Both the position numbers and the translations under genes were made by a program. Below the pieces are notes generated by a model. It worked only from the letters and a program-made list of their open reading frames with translations, was not told the DNA's origin and ran no database searches. 64,000 nucleotides of DNA, taken from NCBI RefSeq assembly GCF_000143415.4, contig NW_003314308.1, positions 310,001 to 374,000 on the forward strand, given 5' to 3'. The DNA is from Selaginella moellendorffii. Its lineage: Eukaryota > Plantae > Lycopodiophyta. This document shows, in pieces, positions 37,231 through 50,500 of the stretch; positions within the stretch are counted from its first letter, which is position 1, and each line of letters starts with the position of its first letter.

Positions 37231-38002
37231 ATTACGCACCATGCATTCGTATATAAAGCTCTTTCTCTCTCTTGTTGTTCCCTTCTGAAGTTATTAGCCA
37301 GATTTTATAGGAAAATTTATTTCTTTAAAACTTTATAAACGTCCATTGTATATCTTAACTTTAATGGCTTTCAAAAAGTGTTTTACTCTTTATAGGAGGG
37401 TGACTTTTTATTGAACTTTTCCATAGAATGAAATAAAAAACTTTCATAATGAAAGGTAATGTTATAAGTTTTGAATCATAAAATCATAGAGATAAACAGT
37501 TAAATATAATGTAGTTAAAGTGTTTGCTATATATTGCTTGATTGTATTTTATATTTTGAAATTTAGTAGACTCTCAAAATGATAGGTAGATTTCAAACAA
37601 ACCTTTCAAAAGAAAAAAAAAAAGATTACCTTTCAAAGTTGAGGCATAGTACATTGCATTATTAGAAATTTTATATGTAAACTAAATTCATGTTCAATAA
37701 AATAAAAGATCAATGAGATGCTCATAAAACTTTAAAAGTTAAGTTTTGATTAAAATTTATTAACTTTGAAATTATTAAGAACTACCTCTAGATTGATAAA
37801 TAATTATAAAAGTAGTTGTGCATTAATTTCTTAAACCTACGGTGACATCCTCTGAAATGAAAATATAAGAGATGTATTTCTCAAAGCTGGATGTGTTATT
37901 TGATAATAGAATGTGGTTAATCCCTTAATTGAATAAATTAGTAAATATAACTACAGTAGAAGAATTTTCACTAGTTTCTCCAATGCTAGTAAGTATTATT
38001 CA

Positions 38003-39912
38003 CTATGGAATCTTTTCGTACAACTGGTCTGTGAAGCAGTCTCCAAAGGCGTAGCTGCCACTGAGTTCTCGCAATTTAGCGCTGCTCGCAGGCCTCTCTA
38101 AACTCAAAATGAGGGAGATCACAACCCATGAGCAAGAACACTAAATGGCCTACCTGATGGATACTTGATGTAATCAGCATTGTCATGCCTACTTGGAGAG
38201 AAATTCAGTAGATCATAGTTCCCAGCGATCTCCTGACGCTTTGCATTGCTGTGAAGCTTCTCTGCGGCAAAAACAGGACACTTCTTGTTAGCAAAAGAGC
38301 GAGAAAACGAGGTGAGAACTCGAGATACCTGATCGTCTGATGTCAGGAGTGAGAGGACGAACTAAACGCTGGGCTGTAGCTTCGTTCTTCTCGGTGGTGC
38401 TGCTGTTGTCATCGTTGCTCATCATCTTGTCAGTGCCGTCGTTGTTCTCCTTGTTGTTGGAGCCACGGTTGTAAAAGTCATGCGTCCCGCTCAGCTCCTT
38501 TACTTTAGCCTCGCGTAAGTGCTTATCTGCATACACGTCTGTAAGTAACTGATAAGAGGGAGCCGACAAAACGGAGAACTTAACCGAAAAAATCTTTTTT
38601 CCACCTGGGATCTTGTTTAAACCTTCAGGGGTCGCGTTCTCGTCGTGTTGAACAGGATTGCTTCCCCTCAGCTGCTTAATCCTAGCAACAACATCTGCAG
38701 CATCACCAGAGTGAGTACCAAGCGAGAAACCCATGCGCCCCAAAGAAGAATCCATCCAGCTGTGTATGTATGCACAAAGAGGCTGGAGTTAACACAATGG
38801 GATTCAAATAATGTCCCTGCAGGCCAAACGCGTGAGTGATTCCTCTCAAAAGGCGAAGGACACAAGTAAAAAGAAGATAAAAACCGAAAAAAAACCCCCG
38901 CAGCTAACCGAGTACAATGGTGCTTGGTCCACCTGGTGGCTTCCTGATACGGTTGCTGACACTCTGCTGCGATGGCGGAGGCTTCTCCTCGGAGAAAATG
39001 TCACTCCCGATCATTTCTCTTCGCTTAGCGTCGCTGAGAGACTTCTCCACATGAGTTCCATAGCCACCTTTCTTGAAGATGTCGTTTCCAGTCATCTCTG
39101 CTGCCTTTTGGTTGTGTGTCCGCTGGCCTTGGGAAGAGTACTGCATCCCCCAACACCCCAACACAGGTAAAGAATAAACTGGCAAGCTTCATGGTTCTCG
39201 TTAGTTCTTCGCATTTTTTTAAGAGCTTCGAGAGCGGCATACCTCGGATGTTGGTGGTCCAAAGATATTGCTTCCGCACATTTCTTTTGCCTTGGCATTA
39301 GACATTGGACGTCGAGGTTGCTCCTCAAATGTCTCCTGGGTTCCACTGAGCTCGCGTTGCTTAGCCACCTCTGCGTGGCTGCTAGCTTTCTTTTGGAAGC
39401 TGTTGTCACCTTCTCCAAAAGAAATTTGGCTCCCTCCACTCGGCTGAGAAAGAACGAGAAGTTACGTCAAACTTTGGCTTACCAGAATGATCTAAATGAT
39501 GCAGCTAATGCTTCACAAAAACTCCAAGGTCCTGTCAAATGGCAAGAGCGGCAACTCAGTCGTAAAAATGTAAGATATTCCAATGCTTTAGCTAGAACAA
39601 AAAAAAACTCACATGTTTCAGCGACTAATCGACGAAGTGATCCGAAATGCGCGAGAGAATGCTTTGTCTTGCGAGAGCTACAAACTGGAGTTTTCAAGCA
39701 AGAATGCGGCATCCCACCTGGAGAATCCGGATGGCCGAGCGCGAAACGGGCGGATCCGTGCAGCTCTGGTCATTAGCCGCCGCGAATCCCTTGCTATCGT
39801 TGGTCGCCGAAAAGCGCACGGGCGTGGCTCGGTCCGACGACGCGTCCGCGCCATCCGACCAGCTTAGGAGATCAGACTTGCCCTGGCTGCCGCGCTTCTC
39901 GATCGCAGACAT
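38003..39912 (-). CDS. DUF4057-family plant protein, multi-exon
   Basis: DLLSWSD N-terminus; repeats KAAEMTGNDIF, SDAKRREMIGSDIF, PPGGPSTIVLG, AKVKELSG and SSAKLRELSGS; short GT-AG introns. Confidence 0.75.
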
Positions 39913-40146
39913 CGCTCACCGGAGCTGGAAGATCACATCCCCAAAACCCTTGCCGGGCGCGAAGAAAGACCAGCAAAGAAATGAGAGAGGGCAAAACCTA
40001 ATGCCCAAAGCTTTCAAACCAACTGCATGCGCGCAAAGGGATATTCTCGGCCGGATCAGCATATTCTCTAGAATAATCATTCCGTACGAGAGTTTTATAC
40101 ACGAGGTTTTACTTCTCAAGCGTAGCACCTGTTTCCATTGCTCGAT

Positions 40147-40787
40147 TTAGTCTTCAGCCCGGGAACTTCTCCATCGTCCTCCACGGGGACCTTGGCAAAC
40201 AAAAGAAAAATAAGATCTTGCGTAAGTTTCCAGTGTTTTCTGTCCGAGATCCAGCAGGGAAAAAAATTCATAGACGAGAAAACGATCTTCTATAACGAAA
40301 TCTGGATGATGTAAAGCACTGGAAAACACAAGAATCTAGAAAGAAAAAGGAGAAGTTTAGAGAGAACCTTGTAATCCGGGCCTATAACTCTGTGATGCGA
40401 TGTTTCGGCGACAGAACCCGTGGAAAGATTGTGAAGCCGCGGGTATGGGATCTTGTAGTGCCAAGCGATCTCATACCGGGTCTCCCCTTCAAATATCTGC
40501 AAGAGACAAATATTTCATGGCCGAATGGATCAGAGCAAACTGGGGAACACAAACACCTTCTCGTTGATCAGCTTGGAATCAGACAAATGCTGGTTCTTCC
40601 GGAAGAGCTGCACGGCCTCGTCCTGGAGAGAAAGATAAGGAGAGAGAGAGAGAGAATTTGAGCGAGAAGAAAGAACACCACAATCTCCTACCTTGATGTA
40701 TTGCTTCTCGTTCTCCGGACCCGGCCATGTCCGAGATGATCGCAGTAACGATCGGTAGAGCGCCAGCGCCCTCGCCCTCGTTCCCAT
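40147..40787 (-). CDS. LYR-motif protein (LYRM1-like, probably mitochondrial), multi-exon
   Basis: MGTRARALALYRSLLR...EKQYIK|DEAVQLFRKNQ...E.RYEIAWHYKIPYPR; the 3' exon is approximate. Confidence 0.8.
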
Positions 40788-41080
40788 TTCCACACAGAAG
40801 AAATTAGGGCTTTACATTATCCAGATTCGCTGCTATTGTAAGAATATTCTCCGGTCAATCCGGAGTAAGTAATCCTCGGCTTGCTTGAGAGCTCCGAGTG
40901 AGACTTGGTGTGATCGCCATCGATATGATTATCTTGCCAGAACTATCGAGTGATCGACGACTTCACAACCAGCTCAAGTCTAGAGGTGAGAGCAAAAAGA
41001 ACTCCAGTGAAAGTACCTCTTCTGGATCAACGTAGAAACCCGGATGGGAATGCGAATTCCCACAAAGTCGAGCGAGCTTG

Positions 41081-42207
41081 TCACTTCCTCCACACGGCCA
41101 ACACATCGTCAGTCCGGAACCGCTGAGTGCACGTCGATTCCTCCAGTGGAGTAGTGATGCCAGCCTCAAACGCCAGGAGCCCAGTATACGCGATCATGGC
41201 TCCATTGTCTATGCAGTATCTGTCGTCCGTCGCGAAGAGCTTGCCTCCCCTCTCGTCGCACATCACCTGCATCATGGCTTGCAGCCTCTGGTTGCATCCA
41301 ACGCCGCCGACGATGAGGACGTCTCGCTTGTCACAGTGGGCCATTGCTCGTTCTGTGATCTCCACCAGCATCGCGAACACAGTCTCCTGCTTGGTCTTTC
41401 CGAGATGAGAAAACAGTACGAAGAAAAAAGAGATTTTTACCTGGAGTGAGAAGCACAAATCAGCTGGAGTGCACTCCTTGGCTGCCAGCTTCTCGGTCGC
41501 AACGCTCTCAATGTAGCTCAAAATGCCACTGAAAGAAACGTCCATTCCTTTCACCACGTAAGGCAGCTCAATGTACTCGCTCCCCTTCTTCGCGAGCTAT
41601 TACGTTGAAGAAACCATTCATGAGACGAACAAGGAAAAGAAAAAATTCCAAGAGCTACCTGTTCGATGTTATAACCCGGAGCTGGATCGTTGGAGATGTT
41701 GAGAACTCTGGCAAATCGATCCAGGCAATTCCCCACAGCGATATCAATCGTCTCTCCAAAAATCCTGTAGCGCCCTTCGCTGTAAGCTATCACCTGCGTG
41801 TTCCCACCACTGACATAGAGCACCACTGGATCGCTGGCGCCAGTTACGACTCTCCCCATCTCAATGTGAGCCACGCAGTGATTGACAGCCACGATGGGCT
41901 TCTTCCACAGCAGCGATAGAACCCTAATCACCACTGCCACTGTCTGGAGCGGCGCTCCCATCCCAGGCCCCTTAGTGTAGCACAGGCAATCGATGTCGCC
42001 CGGGGCGAGCCCGGCCTCGTCCAGCGCCGCCTTGATCAGGGGCAAGATCTGCTGCTGGTGATGGATTGCCGTCTCGCGCGGCAGGAATCCCTCACCTGGT
42101 GGAGTGATGTAGGTGCGCCGCGGATTGGCGAGGATTGTCCCATCGCTCTTGGCAATGCCGACGCCGATCTTGTTCGCGGAGCCCTCTATCCCCAGCGCTA
42201 TCTTCAT
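41081..42207 (-). CDS. KAE1: tRNA N6-adenosine threonylcarbamoyltransferase (KEOPS Kae1/OSGEP), 3 exons
   Basis: [73 protein letters not shown]. Confidence 0.96.
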
Positions 42208-42829
42208 CGCTCGGGGTTTAGGGCTTTAGGGGATCCAAAAGCCCTAATCTGAATGTTTAATGGAATATCCTCCATTATAGGGCGACCTGGCCATGGCGAT
42301 GCATGGCGATTCAGTGACGAGGTATGGCGCTGAGTGGATCGATTTGCTGTAGCTGGATCGATTACTGTAGCTAGAAAGCGCTAGCGCTTAAAATCTCCGC
42401 TGCATGCCTGTGGAGCGGCACCATTTTTCACTCCAGGGCCGTGCTCTGCCGCTTGCGTCGTTGTTTAGCTGGGGAGCGCTGCAATTTGCGCCCCTTTTCC
42501 CTAGCAATCCTTCGTACCTTGCATTGATTTTGCTGCCTTTCGAGTCGCGATCACTGGATTGTCTCACTTCCGTTATGGTGATTTTAACTTAGTCTTCCTT
42601 TCTTTGTTTTTGCGTCCTTGTGTCTCTTCCTGTCTTATCACTGAGGCTTTGTTTATTCTTCTCTTCGAGCGGTGAACGCGTGAAGTACTTTGAGCGATTT
42701 TTCTTTGCCTTCGTCTTCTTTCCTCTCTTTGTTTTCTATCCATACGATTGTTTCTAGCCTCCGGCCAACTCCTGCTTGAACAGCGGGAGATTTTTTAGAA
42801 CTACACACACGAGAGTTGAGCAACGCGGT

Positions 42830-44516
42830 ATGGCAGGATTTTCAAGACGGATTTTGGCAACAGACACTCCCGTCATGGTTCAGGTGCTTTACTGGAACTG
42901 GAAGAGGGGAAGAGAGCAAGAGAGGAAGATTTTGCACTTTGATTCTTTTCTTTTGTGTCCCGACTGTGCGTTGTAACTTTGTTAGCTGTGGAAGCTTGCA
43001 GGTTCAAGAGCTTCTTCAAGGAAGAAACGATGTTGTCTCGCTTGCCCAGGTCTCTTCCACATTTGTTTGATCTGATTACAAATCATTCTTCCAGGGAGTT
43101 GTCCATTGGCAGCCTCCACCGCAAGCTCTCGAGAAAGTCAAAGATCTGATACAGGACATTTCTACAAGCCGCTATGGCCCAGACGATGGCCTTCCAGAGC
43201 TTAGGCTTGCACTTTCCGAGAAGGTTTGTTTCTTTTCTTCTTGCTCTCTCTTTTTCTAACTCACACCTTTCGTTTCTTCGTCCACAGCTTAAGAAGGAAA
43301 ACAAGCTTTTCAAGTCTTCGGTGATGGTCACCGCTGGTGCAAACCAGGTGAACTAACGCAATCTTCCGTTCCATAGGCATTTATTGTTCTAGTGATTTTT
43401 TCTCCCAGGCCTATGCGAATTTAGCACTCAGTTTGTGTGATCCAGGAGATTCCGTGGTAATGTTTGCTCCATATTACTTCAATGCGTACACGACATTCCA
43501 GATGACTGGCATCTATGACATCGTCGTGGTTCCCAGTCATCCAGACACTTGTCATCCAGATCCAGGTACTTCAGCTTCTTTTTCTAATGATTCTCTACGA
43601 ACATTTACAACAGAAATGCTGGAGAAAGCTCTTCGTGAGCATACCCCAAAGCCGAGAATTGTTAACGTTGTGAATCCTGGAAATCCTTCTGGTACTTATT
43701 TACCAGAGGAAACACTCAAGGCAAGATCACCTCTCTTGCGATATTTTCCTGGCTCTAAATTTCGTTTTTCGACACAGCGAATATCGGAGCTGTGCAAGAA
43801 CGCTGGAGTTTGGCTCGTTGTAGACAACACGTACGAGTAAGTTTTTCCCCTATTCTTTGCTTTTTCTTTTCCTTAAACTTGCTACTTGAAGGTATTTCAT
43901 GTACGATGGTCGCAAACACGTTTGCATCGAAGGTGACCACATACTAAACGTCTTTTCGTTCTCCAAAGCCTACGGCATGATGGGATGGCGAATAGGATAT
44001 GTAAGAATCTCTACATCAAAACCATTTTTTCTCTCCTCCTTATCATTGCCTTGGTGGTGTTCACAGATCGCCTATCCATCAACAGTGCCCGGCTTTGGCG
44101 AGCAGCTGCTCAAAGTCCAAGACAACGTCCCCATTTGCGCGTCGATCATCGGGCAAAAACTTGCTCTGGCCGCTCTAGACGCTGGTCCTCAATGGGTCCT
44201 GGAACGAGTAGCGAGACTAGGCAAGAACAGGGCCATGGTTTTGGATGCTCTCTCGTCGCTGGGCCAAGGAGCTGTGAAAGGAGGCGAGGGGGCAATTTAC
44301 TTCTGGGCCAAGCTTCCGGAGAAATTCCCAGACGATGTAGCAGTCGTGAAATGGCTGGTTTCCAAGCACAAAGTTATGGTGGTTCCTGGTAGCGCTAGCG
44401 GAGGAAAGGGGTGCATTCGAATCTCCTATGGTGGATTGGACGAGGGGAGCTGCGAAATCGCGGCGGCGAGGCTTAAAGCCGGCCTGGAAGAGCTTGTTCT
44501 TCGCGGTTGCGTCTAG
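42830..44516 (+). CDS. ISS1: Aromatic/methionine aminotransferase ISS1/VAS1 (class I PLP), multi-exon
   Basis: TDTPVMVQ, SLAQGVVHWQPP, YGPDDGLPELR, VTAGANQ, NPGNPSG, DNTYE, SFSKAYGMMGWRIGY, GGEGAIYFWAKLP. Confidence 0.9.
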
Positions 44517-44594
44517 GCGGGAAAAAGGTTTTAAATTTGAATTTGAATTGATTTTTAAACTGGCGGGCTAGGGCTAGGGCAAGGGCTTTTGGCG

Positions 44595-47500
44595 ATGGAG
44601 AGTCCAGCAGCGCCTGTGGTGCCGGTGGAGCAGAAGGCCGAGCGCCTTCCACAGGATGCTGGAAAACTGGTTTTCTCGTTTGGATTCGAGGTGCGTCGCG
44701 AGAAATTCCGCTGTTCTTGGGATCGCAGCTGATTTTTCTTCTCTTTGTCTCGCAGGGAACACGGAGGAACAACATTTGCTACATCGAGCCTAGTATTCTA
44801 ATGCACACTTGTGGAAACACCATTCACTTCCTCGACGTTAGAACCATGACTGCGACTTATCTTCCCGTGAGTTTTTGTGGTCCGGTCTTTCTTCCACCTT
44901 GTCATGCTTGGTTTTATGTTTTCTAGAGTGTTGGAGGTCTTGGGATTGGAGCAGTAGCGATCCATCCAACGAAGAAGTACTTTGCAGTGTGCGAGAAGGG
45001 GATTAATCCGAATATTTATATCTATGACTATCCGAGCTTAGTATACACGAAGGTATGGAGTTCAGTGTCTTTCTGATTTGAAATATATAATTTAAGGCAG
45101 GTTTTAAAAGATGGTACCGAGAGGCTCTTCAGCGCTGCCGCGTTTAAACACGATGGAAATCAGCTTGCAACAGTTTGTTTATTCTTTTCAATCTGAAGTT
45201 TTCCAGACATTTAGAATCGATGTTGTTGCAGGTTGGAGGCTATCCCGACTACTGGTTGACTGTATGGGATTGGCACAACGAGACAATTATCTTGAGAGCG
45301 AAAGCCTTCTCGCAGGAGGTTTTTAATGTAAGCGTGGTGGAATTTTTTAACTGAGCGTTGCTTATTTTGTTATGTGTTTCTTAATGCAGGTGTCTTTCTC
45401 GAAGTACTTCTCTGGTCAGTTGCTTACCTCTGGCGTTGGACACATTCGATTCTGGAATATGGCTTCCACTTTTACCGGAATGAAGCTAGAGGCAAGATAT
45501 GAGGATAAAGCCTCTACATATTGTCTAATTCGTGCTCGAGTTTACGCAGGGTTTTATAGGAAAGTTTGGACAAGTACCACTAAGTGATATTGCCGGTTAT
45601 GTAGAACTTTCCAACGGAAAGGTGTGGCTTAGCATTTGTATCCTCGTGTGCTAGATAATTCTCTTACTCAGGTCCTCTCCGGAACAGAGGGAGGCGGTAT
45701 TATCGTATGGGAAGGCGAACTCGTCAAATGCCAATTAAAAAGAAAAGGAGGGCTAAGCTGCCATGATGGAATGGTGGAGATCACAATTCACGATACGGGG
45801 GTTAATGAGTTGATTACGTGCGGATCTGATGGATACATAAGGTTCTGGGACTTTGGAACGGTATGTAAAATTCTTGTAAAGCTGTTGTCTCATGCGACTG
45901 GTTTCTCTGAAGTGGTTGGACGCAGCTGATGATGGAGATGAGAAACTCATTTGCGAGGTGAATCCCCTTCGAGAGCTTTTCGTTGATCCGGAGTGTAAAA
46001 TAAAAGGGATCTTGTTCGAACAAGACCATTGGATGATTCAGGTCGGTATTTCCGTTTTTTACCCGTCGCGACGACAAAGCTGACATGAGTTCTACGGAAT
46101 GGACAGGATGAAGGTGGTGCATTATGGAGGGTGCATGTGCCATCGTTTGAGCTAGAGCAGATTCTGGAGTTCCATGCAGGGGCAATAGTTTCGATAGCGA
46201 GCTCGCCAAACAGTTATTACATTGCGACGGCAGGCACAGATGGCACCGTAAGCGAAAGGGGGTACACTTTGTTGTTACTCAAAGGCGCTCCTCACTTGCA
46301 GGTGAGGCTTTATAACTTCAAGCAGCAGAAACAAATATACAAGCGACGGTTTTCAGCACCGTGTACCACAATGATCTGGATGCCACGGACAGTCGATCCT
46401 GAATGCAAAACCATTGCTGTAGGATTTAAGGATGGAGTGGTGCGTATGCTGCAACAGTGCAGTACCAGATGGAGGCTTCTGCATGCAATGAAACCTCATA
46501 ACGTAAGCATGGATAATATCATATCATGAAATGGATTTTCCTGCAGATGGAAGTCACAGGACTCAAACTCAGTCCGGATGGCGAGCTTCTGGCAACTGTA
46601 TCAACAGATGCAACAATTTTTTTCTTCCATTGCCTCGAAAATTACAGGCCAATTGGGTACGTCTGCATATGTTTGGGAAAGTTATCAATTTACTATGTTG
46701 GCCTGTAGATTTTTTAAATTTGCAGCAGGAGTAGGGTGCTTGGATTGGTCTCCTAATGGGGACTACGTGCTATTGGCGTGTAAAAACTGCGAGATTCTTG
46801 AGGTTGCTCGACCACGTACGTCGACGTACTTTCTTTAAGTGATCGATCTGATCGTATCTTGTGATGCAGCATTACATCCAGATACCAAAGTTACGTATGA
46901 GCTAGCATTGCCGTCGAGAGCTATTTCGTTTCTTCTCCCAAAGATAAAAAAACCGAAACCGCCGCCACCTCCACAACAACCAAAACCGGCCAAGGTATTG
47001 ATTGCAATGCCATGTTATTCTTCTTATTCCTGCTTTCAGCGTTGACTAGACAAGTGAAGGCGAAGGAGGTGAAAATCCTGAGGGTGCTTCAGCGACCGAG
47101 GGCACTCCTCCAGCAGAAAGAGCCTCTGGCGAAGGTCAAGCTGTTGAGGGAAAGGAAGGAGAGGCAGGAGAGGGAGGTGAAGGTGAAGAAGAGGGTGAAG
47201 AAGGACCTGAAGGACCTGAAGTAGCCGAAGGCGAGGGGGATGAAGGTGGAGGACGGGAAACAGAGGAAGGAAAGAATAAAAAGAAAAAGACAAAGAAGGC
47301 TCCCCCGCCGCCAGCAGTTGAAGAAGTCCTACCCGATGAGTTTTCCTCTTCATTCCAAGCAGGAGCATTGTTGTACACAAAAAGTAGCATGAACACATTC
47401 TACGTATCGCTAGAGGTGAGCACACTTGTCAACTCGTCATATTCTTACATTTGGAATTTTTCATTTCCAGGGGAAGACGGGATTGCTGTACGAATCTCAT

Positions 47501-50500
47501 GCCGACTCTAAAGACGCTCTAGGATATGCGCCGTGGAGTCAAGGAACGCTAACTACGCTCGAGTACGTTACTCTTTTCTAGCTCAATTACGCTTCAACCA
47601 TTGTTTAACTGTAGGTACACGCATTCGATGGAGTATGTTGTGTCAGGAACAGCTGATGGAGTCGTTCGCATCAATACTACTCCTCACGCTGGACAATTGG
47701 GTTTAGTACAGCAGCAAAAGTACTGGGAGGTATCAATGCGTAACATACAAGTTTCTCGTTTGACATTCCTTTACAGGGTAATGTTCACGATTGCTACTCG
47801 GGTTCCATTGGCAACTGTGTCATGAGCTATGACAATTTGTATTTGGTACTTGTTGTTGTTGCATTCTATTGAGTATCTAACCTGACATTCTCAGGCCAGT
47901 GTCGCCCATGATGGCAGCTTTTTCCTTTATGAGATGTCTTTGGAAACAGGGGCCCCTAGGCATCCTGATACAAAAACTAAAGGTTTTATGTTAATGGTGA
48001 TACATTCCAGAGGCTGACTTTCACGTTTGTGCTGCATTTGGCAGATCTTGAAGATACTTTGCCAGACGCATCAGACGTCCCCCCTGGGGTCTATAGCATC
48101 GAGGATGACAAACAGAAAACGGAACAAGAAAACAAGCTCAGGACTGCATTGCAGAAGAAAAAGCTTGTCACTGACAGATTGGATAGGATCCGGCGAGAAC
48201 TGGAAGAGCTTATCAGAGTAAACAAAGAAAAGACGCCAACCGAAATGATTCCTTTCGAGACTTTTGAGATAGACTCGAGTTTGAGGGGGTAAGAACTTTC
48301 GAGTATTTTAGTATTTTAGTCATGGCTTATTTTTACAGTATACTCGAAAACGAGATCAAGGAGAAAGTAAGAAGTGCTCGCGAAGAATTGCAATGGGAGA
48401 GTGAAAGGAGCGAGATTGCACTATCCAAGCTTCGGGCGTTTCTGCTCGATCCTCTGGAGGTCTGCGTTGTCCTTGCGTTTATTCTAATAGTCAGAATTTC
48501 TAGTGCAGGTCGAGCATATTGTTTTGCATGCATTCCGAACAGATGGCCATGTCTCTAGCTTTCGCACGGAAAAGCTTTCCCCAGAAATGAAGGTTGGTAC
48601 CAGGAACAAGAAAAGTATGTTTCTGTAATTGTTGCTTCTGCTGATTAAGATGATAGAAGAAGCAAAAGCTATCACGGATGACAAAAGCAAAACCCAAGAA
48701 AAAGATGCTGAAGATGGCAAGGTGTGTATTCACTCGTCGGCATTTATTTGCTTTAATACTTTTGGTATGTCTTGTAGGAAGGTGGTGAAAGCGTTGTTTC
48801 CGAGCCAGAAGAAGGTGAAGACGACGATATCATCACAAAACAGGATTTGAGAAGGCTCAAACTTAAGAAAAAGGAGGATGAGTATGAAGATTACCTGAAG
48901 ACAAAGCCAGATGATGTGTGATTGATGCTATCAAAGTTACAAGGATCTCATGCAAGTTTCCTTGGTCTTTGTTTATAGGCTTATGCCAACCCGGAGGACC
49001 TTGAGGCCATAAGGCATGCAGAGAACACAAAAGGAGATTTCAAGCTAAAGACAGACCTGACATATGTGCCACCGGTAGAACAAAGAACAAATGCCGTGAA
49101 AAAGAGAAATGAAATGGTCTTTTTATACGAAGCCATACACGACCGAAAGATGAGCTTCAACAGTGAGTTTCTCTCTCTCAGAGAAAAAAAGAAGCAGATA
49201 AGATTCCAGATAACACAACGAAATTCAAGGATTTCAGAGATCAATAATCTGCTCAGGTATTTTCTTGTGCCGGAATGGAAACTTACAATGCTGTTGCTGT
49301 TGCTGCTACAGGATCAAAGAGGAACCTTTATACAGTCCTCTAACTTTCAAAGATGAAGCGCCGGAAGAGCGGAACAACATTACTAAGAAAGTATGTGTTG
49401 TATCCCTTTCATGAACGGGCTCAAACATTCTATCTGTACAGGATCTGGACGACTACATTGAGAGGAAGAGGAAAGCAGAGATGAAAGTGGAGGTATTCCT
49501 TTTGTCTACACACACTGCTATGTGGTTCAAGAAAACAAAGTTTTGTGTGTAGGAAAAAGATAAAGGTGGTGGCTTCGGAGGATTCGGTGGTGGCCCTGTC
49601 AAAAAGGTGGAAAAGAAGGCAGAGAAGGCTGAAAAGGGAGCTGAGAAAGCCGAAGAAAAGAAGGCAGCCGACCCTCAACGAAAAATGTCTAGGAAAATGT
49701 CAGAAAGAGTTTCAAGGAAAACGATAAGAGAGGGTGAAATAGCATCAACAACATCAGCGTTGCGTGCTCCTTCGATCCTGGAGGTAAAAAATGTTCTGTG
49801 TTTTGGTTTTTGAGCTGGTTTTTCTGTGCTGCAGCAAGCTGAACAGGAAGCATTTATTGTGAAACTGAAATATGAGAAGGCGCTGAATAAAGAGAGAATT
49901 GATTTGCTCATCTCTACATTTGATAGTGATTTGGAGGACTTGAGGAATCGGAGGTTTACGCTCGACATAAAAATCAAGGGTGCTGAACTGAAGATGCTCA
50001 TCCTTTATCAAGTAAGTTTTTTGTACACGCTTCTGTTCTCTTTCCAAGTGTTTGTCTCGAGTATTGATGTTTCAGGAGCTTAGACTTCTTCAAACTCTTC
50101 AACCCAAGGAGCAAGCTCTACAAAATCGCCATACTGCTAAGCTGCTTGAAGCGGAGGACCTATTAGTAAGATCTTTTGTCAATGATGCCAGGATCAGCAA
50201 TAAATTTTTAAATTTTTTGTGAACAGTCGAAAATAAGCGACCAAGAAAAAGCTGTGGAGTTGAAAAAGCAAGAGGTGGCTGGATTGCAAGACAAGAAGCA
50301 ACAGGTTCGCAGTAAAACTGTTGTTTTGCTAGTTTTGTTATGGTCTATGTGCAGCTCTTGGTGGAGTTCGAGCAAATGATGGGAGAAAACAATCCGTTCA
50401 GGGACACTCTTTACAAAATCTACACAAAGAAGATGAAACGACCGAAGCCAAAAGAACCTGGTGAAGAATCGGATTCGGAAGAGGAATCGGATTTGGAAGA

